Source: the human T2T-CHM13v2.0 reference genome, Homo sapiens. From it: a stretch of 64,000 nt of DNA. A model generated the notes under the pieces. That model was given only the letters and a program-made list of their open reading frames with translations, had not been told where the DNA came from and did no database searches. The translations under genes were made by a program, and so were the position numbers. Positions 1 to 28,097 of this stretch are shown piece by piece. The DNA lies in NCBI RefSeq assembly GCF_009914755.1, contig NC_060935.1; one strand, written 5' to 3'. The stretch's first letter is position 1, and the number at the start of each line of letters is the position of its first letter.

Positions 1-3900
<3,900 letters not shown>

Positions 3901-4742
3901 TCCTTTTTAATTTGAGACACTTGCTTTAAGGGAACAAGGATTAAGATCACATTTCCCATTGAAGTCCTGTGTGATTTGAATACCAAATATTCCAATGTGT
4001 TTCAGATCAGTACTTATCACTATTGGTCCTCTCAACTCTGCAGTATCTAAAATTAAATTATTTGCCTCTTGATCATTTAGCAGAGGATCTATAATTATAA
4101 ATAATCCTCAGGGTGCTGCTAATATTTATCTAAAAACTACTCAGCTCTTTTTACACAACAGCTTCTGATTTGCTGTTGTCTAACCACCAATTGCAGAGGA
4201 ATGACATCATGATTTAATAGGATGTCCTTACTTGTTCCCAAGAGGGCATTTGGTTTACAATGTGTATCAGTTTTTGTCTTAAAGTACCATCCTTGAAACT
4301 ATTTCTTCTATTTGCTCCCTTTACCCTTTCTTTTACACCAGCAATTTTATTTTCATCAGGATGGTTAATAACAACTAAAGGATTATGTTTTTAGCTATTC
4401 TCAACTTTCTTCTGTTTCTCAATCTATTTTATTAATACCTGAGAGGATAAATCTGTCATCCAGATTCAACTGGTGAGATTTGTCCCCAGTAATCTACTGT
4501 AGAGCTTTCTTTTCTTCAACTCATAGACAGTATGCTGTCAATCAAGTGCCAGGCAGACCCTCTTTCCCTTTCCTTTTACTTACCCCCGGAGTCTTGGCCG
4601 TACAGAATTGAGGGTCTAAAAGTACTTTTGTCATCAAAAGTATTGCATGGCCTCTGATAGTGGCCCTGATTTTGGACTGATAGTCAAATCATAGGACACT
4701 ACTGTAGGAACAGTCCAGGCCCAACCTGCTGTGTTCAGGTGG

Positions 4743-4769
4743 TATATATATATATATATATATATATAT
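4743..4769. repeat. (TA)n microsatellite
   Basis: Read directly. Confidence 0.95.
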
Positions 4770-5312
4770 GCCTTATCTTGGCAACCAAGTGTGTTATGTG
4801 CATTCTTGGGGCTTTAAAACGGGGTAGTTGTAAGACCTCCTGATATGAATGATATATGCTGGACAGTCTTTGCTTCTTGTCCTGTATCCTTTCTAAAAGT
4901 TAAATAAACTTAGTGCTAAATTAAACCCTCTTTGTCCAGTGAAGTTGACTGTCAATCCAAACCTGAGACCACTATTTGTAGCAATGCAAATATATAATAA
5001 ATATTAATTGTAGGAAATAAGGAAATTCAGACAGGCATAAAGAAGACTCACCTGTAAGCCTGTCTTGTAAAAATAATCACTATTAATAACTTGGTAGGTT
5101 GATGCAGCTCTAAAGTTTGTATAAAAATTTATATTTTTTACAAGCCAGAGATAAGAAAATGCATAATGTTTAGTATTGTGCTATTTTCCTTTGAAAATGT
5201 ATCATGAATATTTTCCATATTCATTTATTATTGATTTAGTGATATATTCTTAGGAAAGATATATACACACAGGTTACAACTGTATAAATTTACATTGGCA
5301 AGCTAGTAACAA

Positions 5313-10990
<5,678 letters not shown>

Positions 10991-11068
10991 ACTCTCATTT
11001 TGATGCCCTTTTGCATAGCTGCTTTTCCATATCAGGTTATTTGAACAATATCTTATCTTGCCTTTCAG

Positions 11069-11233
11069 GGATTATATGGAATAAAAGAAGAACTCTTTCT
11101 CAGTATCCCTTGTGTCTTGGGGCGGAATGGTGTCTCAGATGTTGTGAAAATTAACTTGAATTCTGAGGAGGAGGCCCTTTTCAAGAAGAGTGCAGAAACA
11201 CTTTGGAATATTCAAAAGGATCTAATATTTTAA
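11069..11233 (+). CDS. LDHC: LDHC last coding exon (165 nt including TAA)
   Basis: ctttcag acceptor. Encodes [54 protein letters not shown], with TAA at 11231-11233. Confidence 0.95.
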   Translation, partial: GLYGIKEELFLSIPCVLGRNGVSDVVKINLNSEEEALFKKSAETLWNIQKDLIF

Positions 11234-11326
11234 ATTAAAGCCTTCTAATGTTCCACTGTTTGGAGAACAGAAGATAGCAGGCTGTGTATTTTAAATTTTG
11301 AAAGTATTTTCATTTGATCTTTAAAA

Positions 11327-11332
11327 AATAAA
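11327..11332 (+). terminator. LDHC: LDHC polyadenylation signal
   Basis: AATAAA about 95 nt downstream of the stop codon. Confidence 0.75.
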
Positions 11333-11774
11333 AACAAATTGGAGACCTGTGACATAACTCTAGTCTCTCAAGATTAGAACGAGCAAATGGTAAAGAGATT
11401 TTCCTCTTTAAGAATCATTTATAGCTCTATTCTAATGATACCCAATCTGTACAGGTGTAAGTTATACTTCTGAGGTATGTCACATATGTTAGAGTGCCTT
11501 CAGATGTAGTAGAATATGTATAATCACTATAATACAGAGCTTTGATTCTTTTCACAAACCAAGCCCTTTTTCTAGTATTACAATTTTATCTTGTACTTTC
11601 ATCCGTTAGAGTACCAGCATATTCACTTCATTACATTAGCGTCATATGTTTATGTATAATCATTATAAATGTGGCCGGGCACTGCAGCCTGGGTGACAGA
11701 GTGAGGCTCTGTCTCAAAAAAAATCATTATAAATGCTTATTTTTAAGACCATATATATCAAAAAGAAATAAAAA

Positions 11775-15578
<3,804 letters not shown>

Positions 15579-15940
15579 CAGAGTTTTAAAATTTTACTTT
15601 TTCTACTTTAGCTCACATTTGAGGTGGTAAAAGTTAATCTTGAGGTCCCTTTCTCCTACAGGGCTGGGGGAAAATTTTCACGTGAGAGTCAAACAGTCCT
15701 TTTCAGATACATCCAGACAAGGTTTGGTTAGAAATAAAATTACTTGGGCTCTCTGGTGGATGGGTTCTAGGCAAACAACTCCGCCCAACAGCAGAGGCCC
15801 TGCACTGCGTTGTGCCTGCAGCACCTCGTGCGCCTTCTGCAGCCGGCCAACCACCTACACCGCAGCCCGCCCACCCGCACGCGGGGGCGGGGCGGGCAGG
15901 CAGAGGCGCAGGCGCGGTGCTTCGCAGCCCGCTTCCGGCC

Positions 15941-16014
15941 TCACACCTGCCAAGCATCACACCTGCCAAGCATCACACCTGCCAAGCATCACACCTGCCA
16001 AGCATCACACCTGC
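15941..16014 (+). repeat. Perfect 16-bp tandem repeat (TCACACCTGCCAAGCA) x4.6
   Basis: Read directly: four full units plus TCACACCTGC. Confidence 0.97.
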
Positions 16015-16163
16015 GATGCCTGCACGAGCTGGGTGCGGTCCGCGCAGCTGCAGTAAGGGGGCGACCCGGCGTCTGTTAGTCGGCGGTTCATCTCCTTCGT
16101 GCCTCGATGAGCTTTAACGCCATTTTCCTCCATTCTCTTTCTTCACCTCTTGAGTGAGTGGCC

Positions 16164-16301
16164 ATGAGCTGGGCTGCAAGAGTCCTGGGGAGCAGCCAGA
16201 GAGCGGGCGCCGCGGGAGCGAATTGTTTTTGCCCAAGGATGGTTCTGTGTCTCCGCCAGGCGGCATGTGACCTGCTCGGGCGCGGGTGGCCCTTCACCCC
16301 T
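16164..16301 (+). CDS. LDHAL6A: Putative upstream coding exon of LDHAL6A (46 aa, LDHAL6B-like N-terminal presequence)
   Basis: gccATG at 16164; GTGAGT donor at 16302; phase-0 join to the ttag|GTTTCCAAGATG acceptor (16751) gives ...[13 protein letters not shown]. Confidence 0.6.
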
Positions 16302-16759
16302 GTGAGTGTGGCCAGAAGTACCTCTCACCTGGACCTGCGGACCCCGGGCGCAGTCCTGGAGCTGAGAACTGGAGGTTGGGGGAAAAGCAGGGTAAAGGGG
16401 AGAGAAAAGGGGGTCAGCTGCGGGACGGAGTGCCGTCCCAGCTGTAGTTTCATGTTTGGTGGAGCAACCCCTGTTCCTTTCCTCTCTCTCTCTCTCTTAA
16501 TTCCTCTTAACTGTACTCACGCTTCCTTCTCCTTCCCCTGGTCCGCTTCATGGATGCTGAGCTGCCTGGCCAGAACCTACCCAGCTTCTTTGCTGGTCAG
16601 ATTTGTCGGTCTTTTGTGTGTCTGCAGCACCTCCTTCCACACAGGGGCCCAGGAGTTCTCTATACGCGCTCTCACCGCAGGTCTTGGAATTCCAAGCCAT
16701 TTCCAATTCCAGGTCTTGGAAATGGCTGTGCAATTTGTCTTCACTGTTAGGTTTCCAAG

Positions 16760-16885
16760 ATGGCAACTATCAAGAGTGAACTTATTAAGAATTTCGCGGA
16801 AGAGGAGGCCATTCATCACAATAAGATCTCCATTGTAGGAACTGGATCGGTTGGTGTGGCTTGTGCTATCAGCATCTTATTAAAA
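16760..16885 (+). CDS. LDHAL6A: LDH A-like 6A, coding exon 1
   Basis: [42 protein letters not shown] with the Rossmann GxGxxG motif; GTAAGT donor at 16886. Confidence 0.95.
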
Positions 16886-18166
16886 GTAAGTTGTGTGCTC
16901 TGCACCACAGGGTTCACCTCAGTTGGAGGCGAGGCCACAGCGTATGGTTGTGGAGGTTGTGTCCAGTTCAAGGTGGTGAGTGGGGAGCCAGTGTGAGGGG
17001 CATCAGAGGAAAAGGTGCCCTTTTTTTAGTTGTTCACCCAGAGGGCGCTCCTTTTTAAAAATTGTATGATGATATCATGTGGGTTAGAAGCATCTCTGTG
17101 AAAGTATGTTGACATTTCACTTTCACGTAATGACAATATGAGGTACCCCTTTGCTTGATTTGGAAACTCAGCTCACAAAACAAACTGGAGAGAAATAGGT
17201 GGCAGAAAAGAGTATACAAGCGTGTCAGTGATGGTAGGCAGCCTACGAGTACCAAATACAATAATCTTTTTTCATTTAAATATCTCTCTCCCATTTCCTA
17301 GTCTGTATATCTTTATTTCCCTTCGTTCCTTATTCATGTTAGGTTAGTTTTAGTGTTTAGCTGTTCTTAGTATTGATACAGCTGATAAAGTTTTATGGCT
17401 ATAGACAGAGGCCAAAAAAAGATTCTGACCCCTTTCTAAGAATATTACCCTGATATGAACTTTATTACCATAAAGTTTTAATAAATCATAAGACACTCTG
17501 AGCTATACTTTTATTAATGAAATATCTGTAAAATGTTTTAAGCCATCTTTTATATAACCTTTAATCCTGGCATGAGTCATTGGATTTAAAGGATTGCCTC
17601 TGGGTTTCATATCTAGATGACATAGTGACCTTATGGCACTAAGGACAGCAGCCACAGCCAACTGCTGCTCCTGCCAGCCATACAAATTCCCCATGATTCA
17701 TTTTGTCCTACCTATTGTAATGCCTTTATCAGCAGTGTCCTCATTGCTAATGAAGAATACACACACGTGAAAACCAACACATCTGTGACTCATTGATTGT
17801 TTGATGGGGCCTCCACGTATTGCCCAGGCTGCTCTCAAACTCCTGGCCTCAAGCAGGAGGTCTCGGCTTCCTAAAGTGCTGAGATAACAGATGTGAGCCA
17901 CCTTGCTTTGCCCAACACATTTTTTTTAACATCAGTAATAATGATAACAGTATGTTTGTATGCATTATCCAATATTACAACCCTGGAAAGTAAATATTAG
18001 ACCTACTTTTTAGAGGAGAAAAAAGGAATAGACTATCTCTAATTGCATGAATAGATAAGTATACAGGTAATATATATAGAAAAGCTTGAAATAAAAGATT
18101 TATTTATCACCTCTGCTTTGAAGGGCCATTCAGGGAGGGACTGAGCCATATCCCTGGAACTCCTAC

Positions 18167-18540
18167 CTCTGCCAGCTGCTGCTTGGCTTTGGTTGCAGGA
18201 GTGGAGGGAATTTTGGGGCTTCTGATGGGAGGTTCCAGGGCCCAGGATAGGGCAGTGCCATGGGGCTGCACCTGTTTCATGGCCCTATCCATGAAGGGAG
18301 GTCCTAGATAGATCTCAGGTGGAGGTGGTGGATAGGAGTACAGAAGGGCAGGAGTGCATTCCATTGCAACTGGTGATGGGAGGCACAGGCCCCACCGGGC
18401 ATGTAAGAGCATCTATAGGCTCCACTGGTGGCTTACCTCTGGAGGCTTAAAATGCCACCCATAGCACCCATTGTTCAAACTCAGTGGTGCTCCCTGCTGT
18501 AAAGGTATGAAGCAGAGCCTTCCCAGTCACCTCCTGCTTC
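18167..18540 (-). pseudogene. Partial duplicate of the WBP2 pseudogene (copy of 10314-10688)
   Basis: Same-orientation repeat; about 20 differences over 375 nt by hand alignment. Confidence 0.9.
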
Positions 18541-19151
18541 TAGAACTTGAATTCTAGTATGTTGCTAACTATGGCATTTGTATATCTTAGGAAATAGGGT
18601 ACACAATCCCCCTATAAAGCCTCAGGTTAAGGCTCACTTTAATCTTTCCCTGTCCTGGCCCTAGACACTGCAACTTCTGTCATTCAAGGAGGTGGTGATA
18701 GCCTAAAAACTCCTTGCTGATAAGGAATTCTCAATATGAATTGTTCAGGAATTTATTGTCAGGAATTTGTGGTATGAACCTTGTAGAGAAACAGTAATGT
18801 CTTTAAAAATTACTGAGTTTTACCATAATACATAAACTTTAATTAGTGTAATGCGAGATCCACTTTGTTTCTTTTAGTGTTGTATCTGGAATCTAGAAGA
18901 GTGCCTCCTGTAATTGATATTTAGTAGTTGGATGAAAGAATTGCTAAAAGATGCCCATTAAAATGGAATGCACTGGATTGTGAATATAAAGATGGGATAT
19001 TCTGTTTACTTTCATTTTTATAAATAAGGAAAGAGAGTCCAGAGAGATTGTTAGGATATATTTTTATAGACTTTATTTTTTAGAATAGTTTTAGATTTAC
19101 AGAAAAATTGAAAGGATAACAGTTTATACCCCACATTACACCTTAGTATGG

Positions 19152-19691
19152 TGTGGTGGTTAATATTGTCAACTTGATTGGATTGAAGGATGCAGGGTAT
19201 TGTTCCTGGGTGTGTCTGTGAGGGTGTTGCCAAAGGAGATTAACATTTGAGTCCGAGGACTGAGAGGCAAACCCACCCTCAATCTGGGTGAGCACCATCT
19301 AATCAGCTGCCAGCACGTCTAGGATAAATGCAGGCAGAGGAACGTGGAAGGACTAGACTGGCTAAGTCTTCCAGCCTTCATCTTTCTTTCGTGCTGGATG
19401 CTTCCTGCCCTCAAACATCAGACTCCAAGTTCTTCAGCTTTTGAACTCTGAGACCTACACCAGTGGTTTGCCAGGGGCTCTCGGGCCTTTGGCTACAGAC
19501 TGAAGGCTGCACTGTTGGCTTCCCTACTTTTGAGGTTTTGGGACTTGGACTGGCTTCCTTGCTCCTCGGCTTGCAAATGGCCTGTTGTGGGACTTCACAT
19601 TGTTATCATGTGGGTCAGTACTCCTTAGTAAACTCCCTTTCATATCGACATCTATCCTATTAGTCCTGTCCCTCTAGAGAACTCTAATACA
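19152..19691 (+). mobile_element. MLT2A-type (MLT2A2-like) solo LTR inserted in an old L1M fragment
   Basis: tgtggtggttaatattgtcaacttgattggattgaaggatgc...ctctagagaactctaataca; TG...CA ends. Confidence 0.85.
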
Positions 19692-20229
19692 TATTGTATA
19701 CCTTAGTGTGGTACATTTGTCACGATGAAAGAATGGATATTGACATATCACCTTTAACTAAAGTCCACACTTTACTCAGATTTCTTTAGTTTTTACCTGT
19801 CCTTTTTCTGTTCCATGATCCCATCCAGGATGATACCACATGACGTTTAGTCACTGTATCTCCTTGGGCTCCTCTAGGCTATGACAGTTTCTTTAGATTT
19901 TTCTTGTTTTTGATGACTGAGCATTCTGAGGAGTACTAGTCAAGTATTTTGTAGAACACCTTTCTCTTGGAATTTGGTGGGGTTTTTTTGATGGTGAGAC
20001 CGAGGTTTTGGGTTTTGGGGAGGAAGACATAGGAATAAAGTGCCACTTTTCATCACATCATATCCCGGCTACATACTGTCATGATTTATCAGTGTTGATG
20101 TTGACCTCAGTTACCTGGCTGCTTGTAATGCAGCTTAGACTTCTAGGTTGATCAGTTGTACAGTCTAGTTTAAAATGTAAAGCGCTTGGCTTTGAATTTC
20201 CAGTAATTCGAATAGAGTAAAAAGATCCA

Positions 20230-23067
<2,838 letters not shown>

Positions 23068-23186
23068 TTACATATAAAGTAGCATCATAGAAATTATAGT
23101 ATGAATTGATTTCTGTAGGTAATAACTGTCTGATTATAGAACTAAAATATTTTTGAGTTGGAAGGAGCCCTATATTTTAATCCATT

Positions 23187-23585
23187 TGCTGTGGTTTGAA
23201 TGTTTGTCCCCTCTGGAACTCGTTTAAATTTAATCCTCAATGTGGCAGTATTGAGAGGTGGGGCCTTTAAGAGTTGACTGGGTCATGAGGGCTCTGCCAT
23301 GGATTAATCTATGGATGAATGGGTTATCAGGGGAGTGGGAATGGTAGCTTTATAAGAAGAGGAAGACAGACCTGAATTTAGCAATCGCAGCCTCCTTGCC
23401 ATGTGATGCCCTGTGCTGCCTTGGGACTCTGCAGAGTCTCCTCCAGCAAGAAAGCCCTCACCATATGGCGGCCCCCTGACCTTGGACTTCTCAGCCTCCA
23501 TAACTGTAAGAAATAAATTCCTTTTCTTTATAAGGTACTCAGTTTCATGTATTCTGTTATAAGGAACAGAAAATGGACTAAGATA
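23187..23585 (+). mobile_element. MST-type MaLR solo LTR
   Basis: tgctgtggtttgaatgtttgtcccctc...gtaagaaataaattcc...aatggactaagata. Confidence 0.8.
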
Positions 23586-24032
23586 CCATTTATTCAAAAA
23601 ACTTTTACTGAGCTCCTCTGTGCCAGGTGGATGATAAGTAAGCACCAGATGGCTGGGGATGAATGACTTCCTAGTCTCAAGAAGCTCAAGGTCTGGTGAG
23701 AAATTCCTTCAGCAGAAGCACTACTTTATCACTGTGCAGCCTCAGCTGAAATTGAAAATCGGGGTGTTCACTACTTTCAGAGATTGTTCTATTTACTAAG
23801 CAGTTTCTGTTTTTGTTTTCCTCATGATGAGCTGAAATGCTCCTCTTTGTAATTTGTATTTTTTCTGGTTTAGACTTTTATATCATGACAAAATGATGAG
23901 ATCATTTATTATGTTTCCTTTGATTTTGATAATTCACAAGCTAGACATAGATCACCAATATAAGAATTTTCTTTCATTCTCCAGTTAATCAAGAGATACA
24001 CTCACACCCATTGGACTAACAATGTTTTTCAG

Positions 24033-24150
24033 GGTTTGAGTGATGAACTTGTCCTTGTGGATGTTGATGAAGGCAAACTGAAGGGTGAGACAATGGATCT
24101 TCAACATGGCAGCCCTTTTATGAAAATGCCAAATATTGTCTCCAGCAAAG
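24033..24150 (+). CDS. LDHAL6A: LDHAL6A coding exon 2 (118 nt)
   Basis: GACTAAC branch point and tttttcag acceptor; [39 protein letters not shown]; GT at 24151. Confidence 0.95.
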
Positions 24151-24494
24151 GTTAATGTCATAGTTAAATACTATAAATATTCTAATATACATGAACAAGT
24201 ATCTAAGAAAATCATCTTTATTTCTTTTGACCTCCCCAGTTTTTATAGATAAGGCTGGTTGCTCCCTACTCTGTACTCTCATAACGTGTTCAGATTCCTT
24301 GGGTTGTACTTTGCAAGGTTTCCCACGGCACCAGACTGAGTTCCTTGTGAGCAGCAGTAACAGCAGTTATCATGACAGCTACAATGAACTGACTGCCTAT
24401 TGTGTGTGAGACATTGACCCAAGCACTTTATATAATTTAATCCTGAGCACAACTCTATTTTAGAGATGATGTACCTCTGAACTAAGGTTAATTA

Positions 24495-24677
<183 letters not shown>

Positions 24678-24680
24678 TCA

Positions 24681-24785
<105 letters not shown>

Positions 24786-25048
24786 TCAAAAAAAAAAAAA
24801 AAAGTGATGGAGTAGGGATTTGAACTCAGTTCTGTTTGATTCCAAAGCCTAAGCTCTTCACTACTGTACTTTATTCACTTGGCACCTGGGAGATAATTAT
24901 TTGAACAAACGAATGAACCAACAATTTGCTATTCAAAGGTCTGTTCACACCACATCTATCTCTAAATATTCTTGCCAGAGTAATCCATATTTTGACCTCT
25001 TCATCTAAATAATACAAAAGGTATTTTAGGAGGTGAGGTGTTTTTTTT

Positions 25049-25081
<33 letters not shown>

Positions 25082-25711
25082 GTTTGTTTTTGAGACAGTG
25101 TCTTGCTATGTTGGTGCAGGCTGGACTTGGACTTCTGGGCTCGTGTGTGATCCTCTTGGTCTCAGCCTCCAAGTAACTGGGACTATAGGAGTGCACTACT
25201 GTACCCAATTTAGGAGGTTTTTGTTTTTGGAAACGGAGTCTCGCTCTGTCACCCAGGTTGGAGTGTCGTGGTGTGATCTTGGCTCACTGCCTCCATGTTC
25301 AAGTGATTCTCCTGCCTCAGTCTCCCTTGTAGCTGGGACTACAGGCATCCGCCACTGTGCCTGGCTAATTTTTGTATTTTTAGTAGAGATGGGGTTTTGC
25401 CATGTTGGCCAGTCTGGTCCTGAACTCCTAACCTCATTTGATGGACCCACCTTGACCTCCCAAAGTGCTGGGATTACAGGGGTGAGCCACTGCACATGAC
25501 TTACGTTTTTTTTTTATTATTATTAAAAAAAATGTACAAGGGAAACTTAGTGCTAATTTCCTGAAATTAAAAAGTAGTCTAGGCATACTAGAAGATTTAA
25601 GGGAACCCACTCTTTGGTAAACATAGTGTGGTGATTGAAGTGAACAGGAAGTATACTTAAATGCCAGATGTTTTCTTTCATAATCGATTGTTTATTCTAA
25701 TCTTTCCTCAG

Positions 25712-25885
25712 ATTACCTGGTCACTGCAAACTCCAATCTAGTGATTATCACAGCAGGTGCACGCCAGAAAAAAGGAGAAACACGCCTTGATTTAGTCCAG
25801 CGAAATGTATCCATCTTTAAATTAATGATTCCGAATATTACCCAGTACAGTCCTCACTGCAAACTGCTTATTGTTACTAATCCAG
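25712..25885 (+). CDS. LDHAL6A: LDHAL6A coding exon 3 (174 nt)
   Basis: (D)[57 protein letters not shown]; mobile loop Arg present; AG/GT flanks. Confidence 0.95.
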
Positions 25886-25899
25886 GTCAGCTTTGTTGT

Positions 25900-26243
25900 T
25901 TTAAATTTTCAACTTTTAGATTCGGGGGTACGCTGTGTAGGTTCATTACATGGGTATACTGTGTGATGCTGAGGTTTGGGGTAGGATTGATCCTGCCACC
26001 CAGGTACTGAGCAAAGTACCTAATAGTTTTTCAGCCCTTGCTGCTCTCACTCCCTCCCTCTCTAGTAGTCTCCAGTGTCATTTGTTCCCATCTTTATGTC
26101 CATGTGCACCCACATGTTTAGCTCCCACTTATAGTGAGAACATGTATTTGGTTTTCTGTTCCTGCATTAATTAGCTTGGAATAATGATCTCCAGCTGCAT
26201 CCATGTTGCTGCAAAGGACATGATTTTGTTTTTTATGGCTGCA
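25900..26243 (-). mobile_element. L1PB/MA 3' end fragment
   Basis: tttagctcccacttatagtgagaacatg...ccatgttgctgcaaaggacatgatt. Confidence 0.75.
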
Positions 26244-27674
26244 TAGGACAGCTTTATTTTCACTGTTCAGTGAAGGAGTTTTTGGGGGTGGGTTTAGTAA
26301 CTTTGAGGAGAAAAAGAATTTAATGAATATTAAATCGTAAACCACCAGTATAATTCCAGAATCTCTTTCTGTTTTGTTAGTGTAATATGTACTTTGCACA
26401 GTGGTAATCAGTGTATATACTATAATGACTTTAAAAAATACTAGTGTGAGGCCAGATGCAGTGGCTGAAGCCTGTAATCCCAGCACTTTGGGAGCCCAAG
26501 GTGGGTGAAGTGCTTGAATCCAGGAGTTTGAGAACGGCCTGGGCAACATGACAGAACTCCATCTCTACAAAAAAATACAAAAATTATCAGGGCATGGTGG
26601 AGCATTCCTGTAGTCCCAGCTACTCAGGAGGCTGAGGCGGGAGGATTGCTTCAGCCAGGGAGGTCAAGGCTGCAGTGAGCCATGATTGCGCCACTGCACT
26701 CCAGCCTGGGTCACAGTGAGACCCTGTCTCAAAAAAAAAAAAAAAAAAAAGTAGTGTGTATGGGAAGATAATATGCTTAATCATATGAGTTCAAGGTTTA
26801 TATTCTAAAGGCTGAGGTTTGTTTTCCAAATTACTGTTTGAGAAGTGAAAGTAGGGCTATAGTTTACTGCCTGACTCTCCAAAATTGTACTAGACTCCTC
26901 ACTGGTGCATTTACAAGGTGGACAAACTGAAAATAGACTTCGGAGATAAAATGTGCAGGACTGCTGATAGATTATGTCTAGTGAGAGAAAGGGAGGAATA
27001 AAAAATAACTTCGAGAGTTTTTCCTTTGAGTAACTGAAGGGATGGTAGTTCCATTTAACTGGGTTGGTAAATTTACTGATCGGGTGGGAGTCAGTGAGGG
27101 AAGGAGGCAGGGATGTTACATATAGAGGGGAAAAATCAAGATACCTGAAATGATACTCAAGAGGAAATGTCAAACAGCTAGAGATTATGAGTCTGGAGCT
27201 TAGTAGTTTAGGGATATTCAAATTACTGTATTCTAAAATTATTTGGAGTAGTTTTTCTCTGTGCAGACCAACAGTGAGTGCATGATTAAGTTTATTCATT
27301 TTAATTTCGATGCTGAAGAACTATTTAACTTTTGTTTCACAGTTTTATAAAATATTCACATGGCTCCAACATCAATTCTAGAGAACAGGAATTATTCAAA
27401 GTGGTCCAGCTTCTGTCCCTGTGCCCTTTCCCCTATAGCCTCCATCCTTTTATAGGTAACCATTTACACTTTTTATGGTTTACAGCTTTTTGTTACTACA
27501 TACGTTTTTCTCCATCTTCTTTCATTTTTAACTTAATATATCATGAAGCTCAACTCCATAGTAGTATTTATAAATATGTTGATTACTGTAGCTTTGTGGT
27601 AAGTTTTGAAATCAGGATGTATTAAGTCTTCTGACTATTCTTTAAGATTATTTTGGGTCAGGCGTGGTGGCTCA

Positions 27675-27932
<258 letters not shown>

Positions 27933-27941
27933 TCAAAAAAA

Positions 27942-27953
27942 ATATATATATAT

Positions 27954-28006
<53 letters not shown>

Positions 28007-28097
28007 TATATATATACACACACATATATATATACGTATATATATACGTATATATATACATATATATACGTATATATATATACATATATATATATAT
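27942..28097. repeat. Compound (TA)n/(CA)n microsatellite from an Alu tail
   Basis: Read directly. Confidence 0.95.

Larger units (their letters stand above)
15770..16440 (+). promoter_or_regulatory. LDHAL6A: CpG-island promoter and first-exon region of LDHAL6A
   Basis: CpG-rich. GC boxes at 15883-15896, NRF1-like GCGCAGGCGC at 15906-15915, ETS CTTCCGG at 15932-15938, YY1-like CGCCATTTT at 16118-16126; TCACGTGA upstream at 15678-15685. Confidence 0.8.

Noticed and set aside
15941-16014. CRISPR-like array
   Set aside because: Contiguous repeats with no spacers, in eukaryotic DNA; this is a minisatellite.
16158-16838. 226-aa ORF as a standalone protein
   Set aside because: Only the first 46 codons from the ATG resemble a known sequence. 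The rest is read-through past a splice donor.
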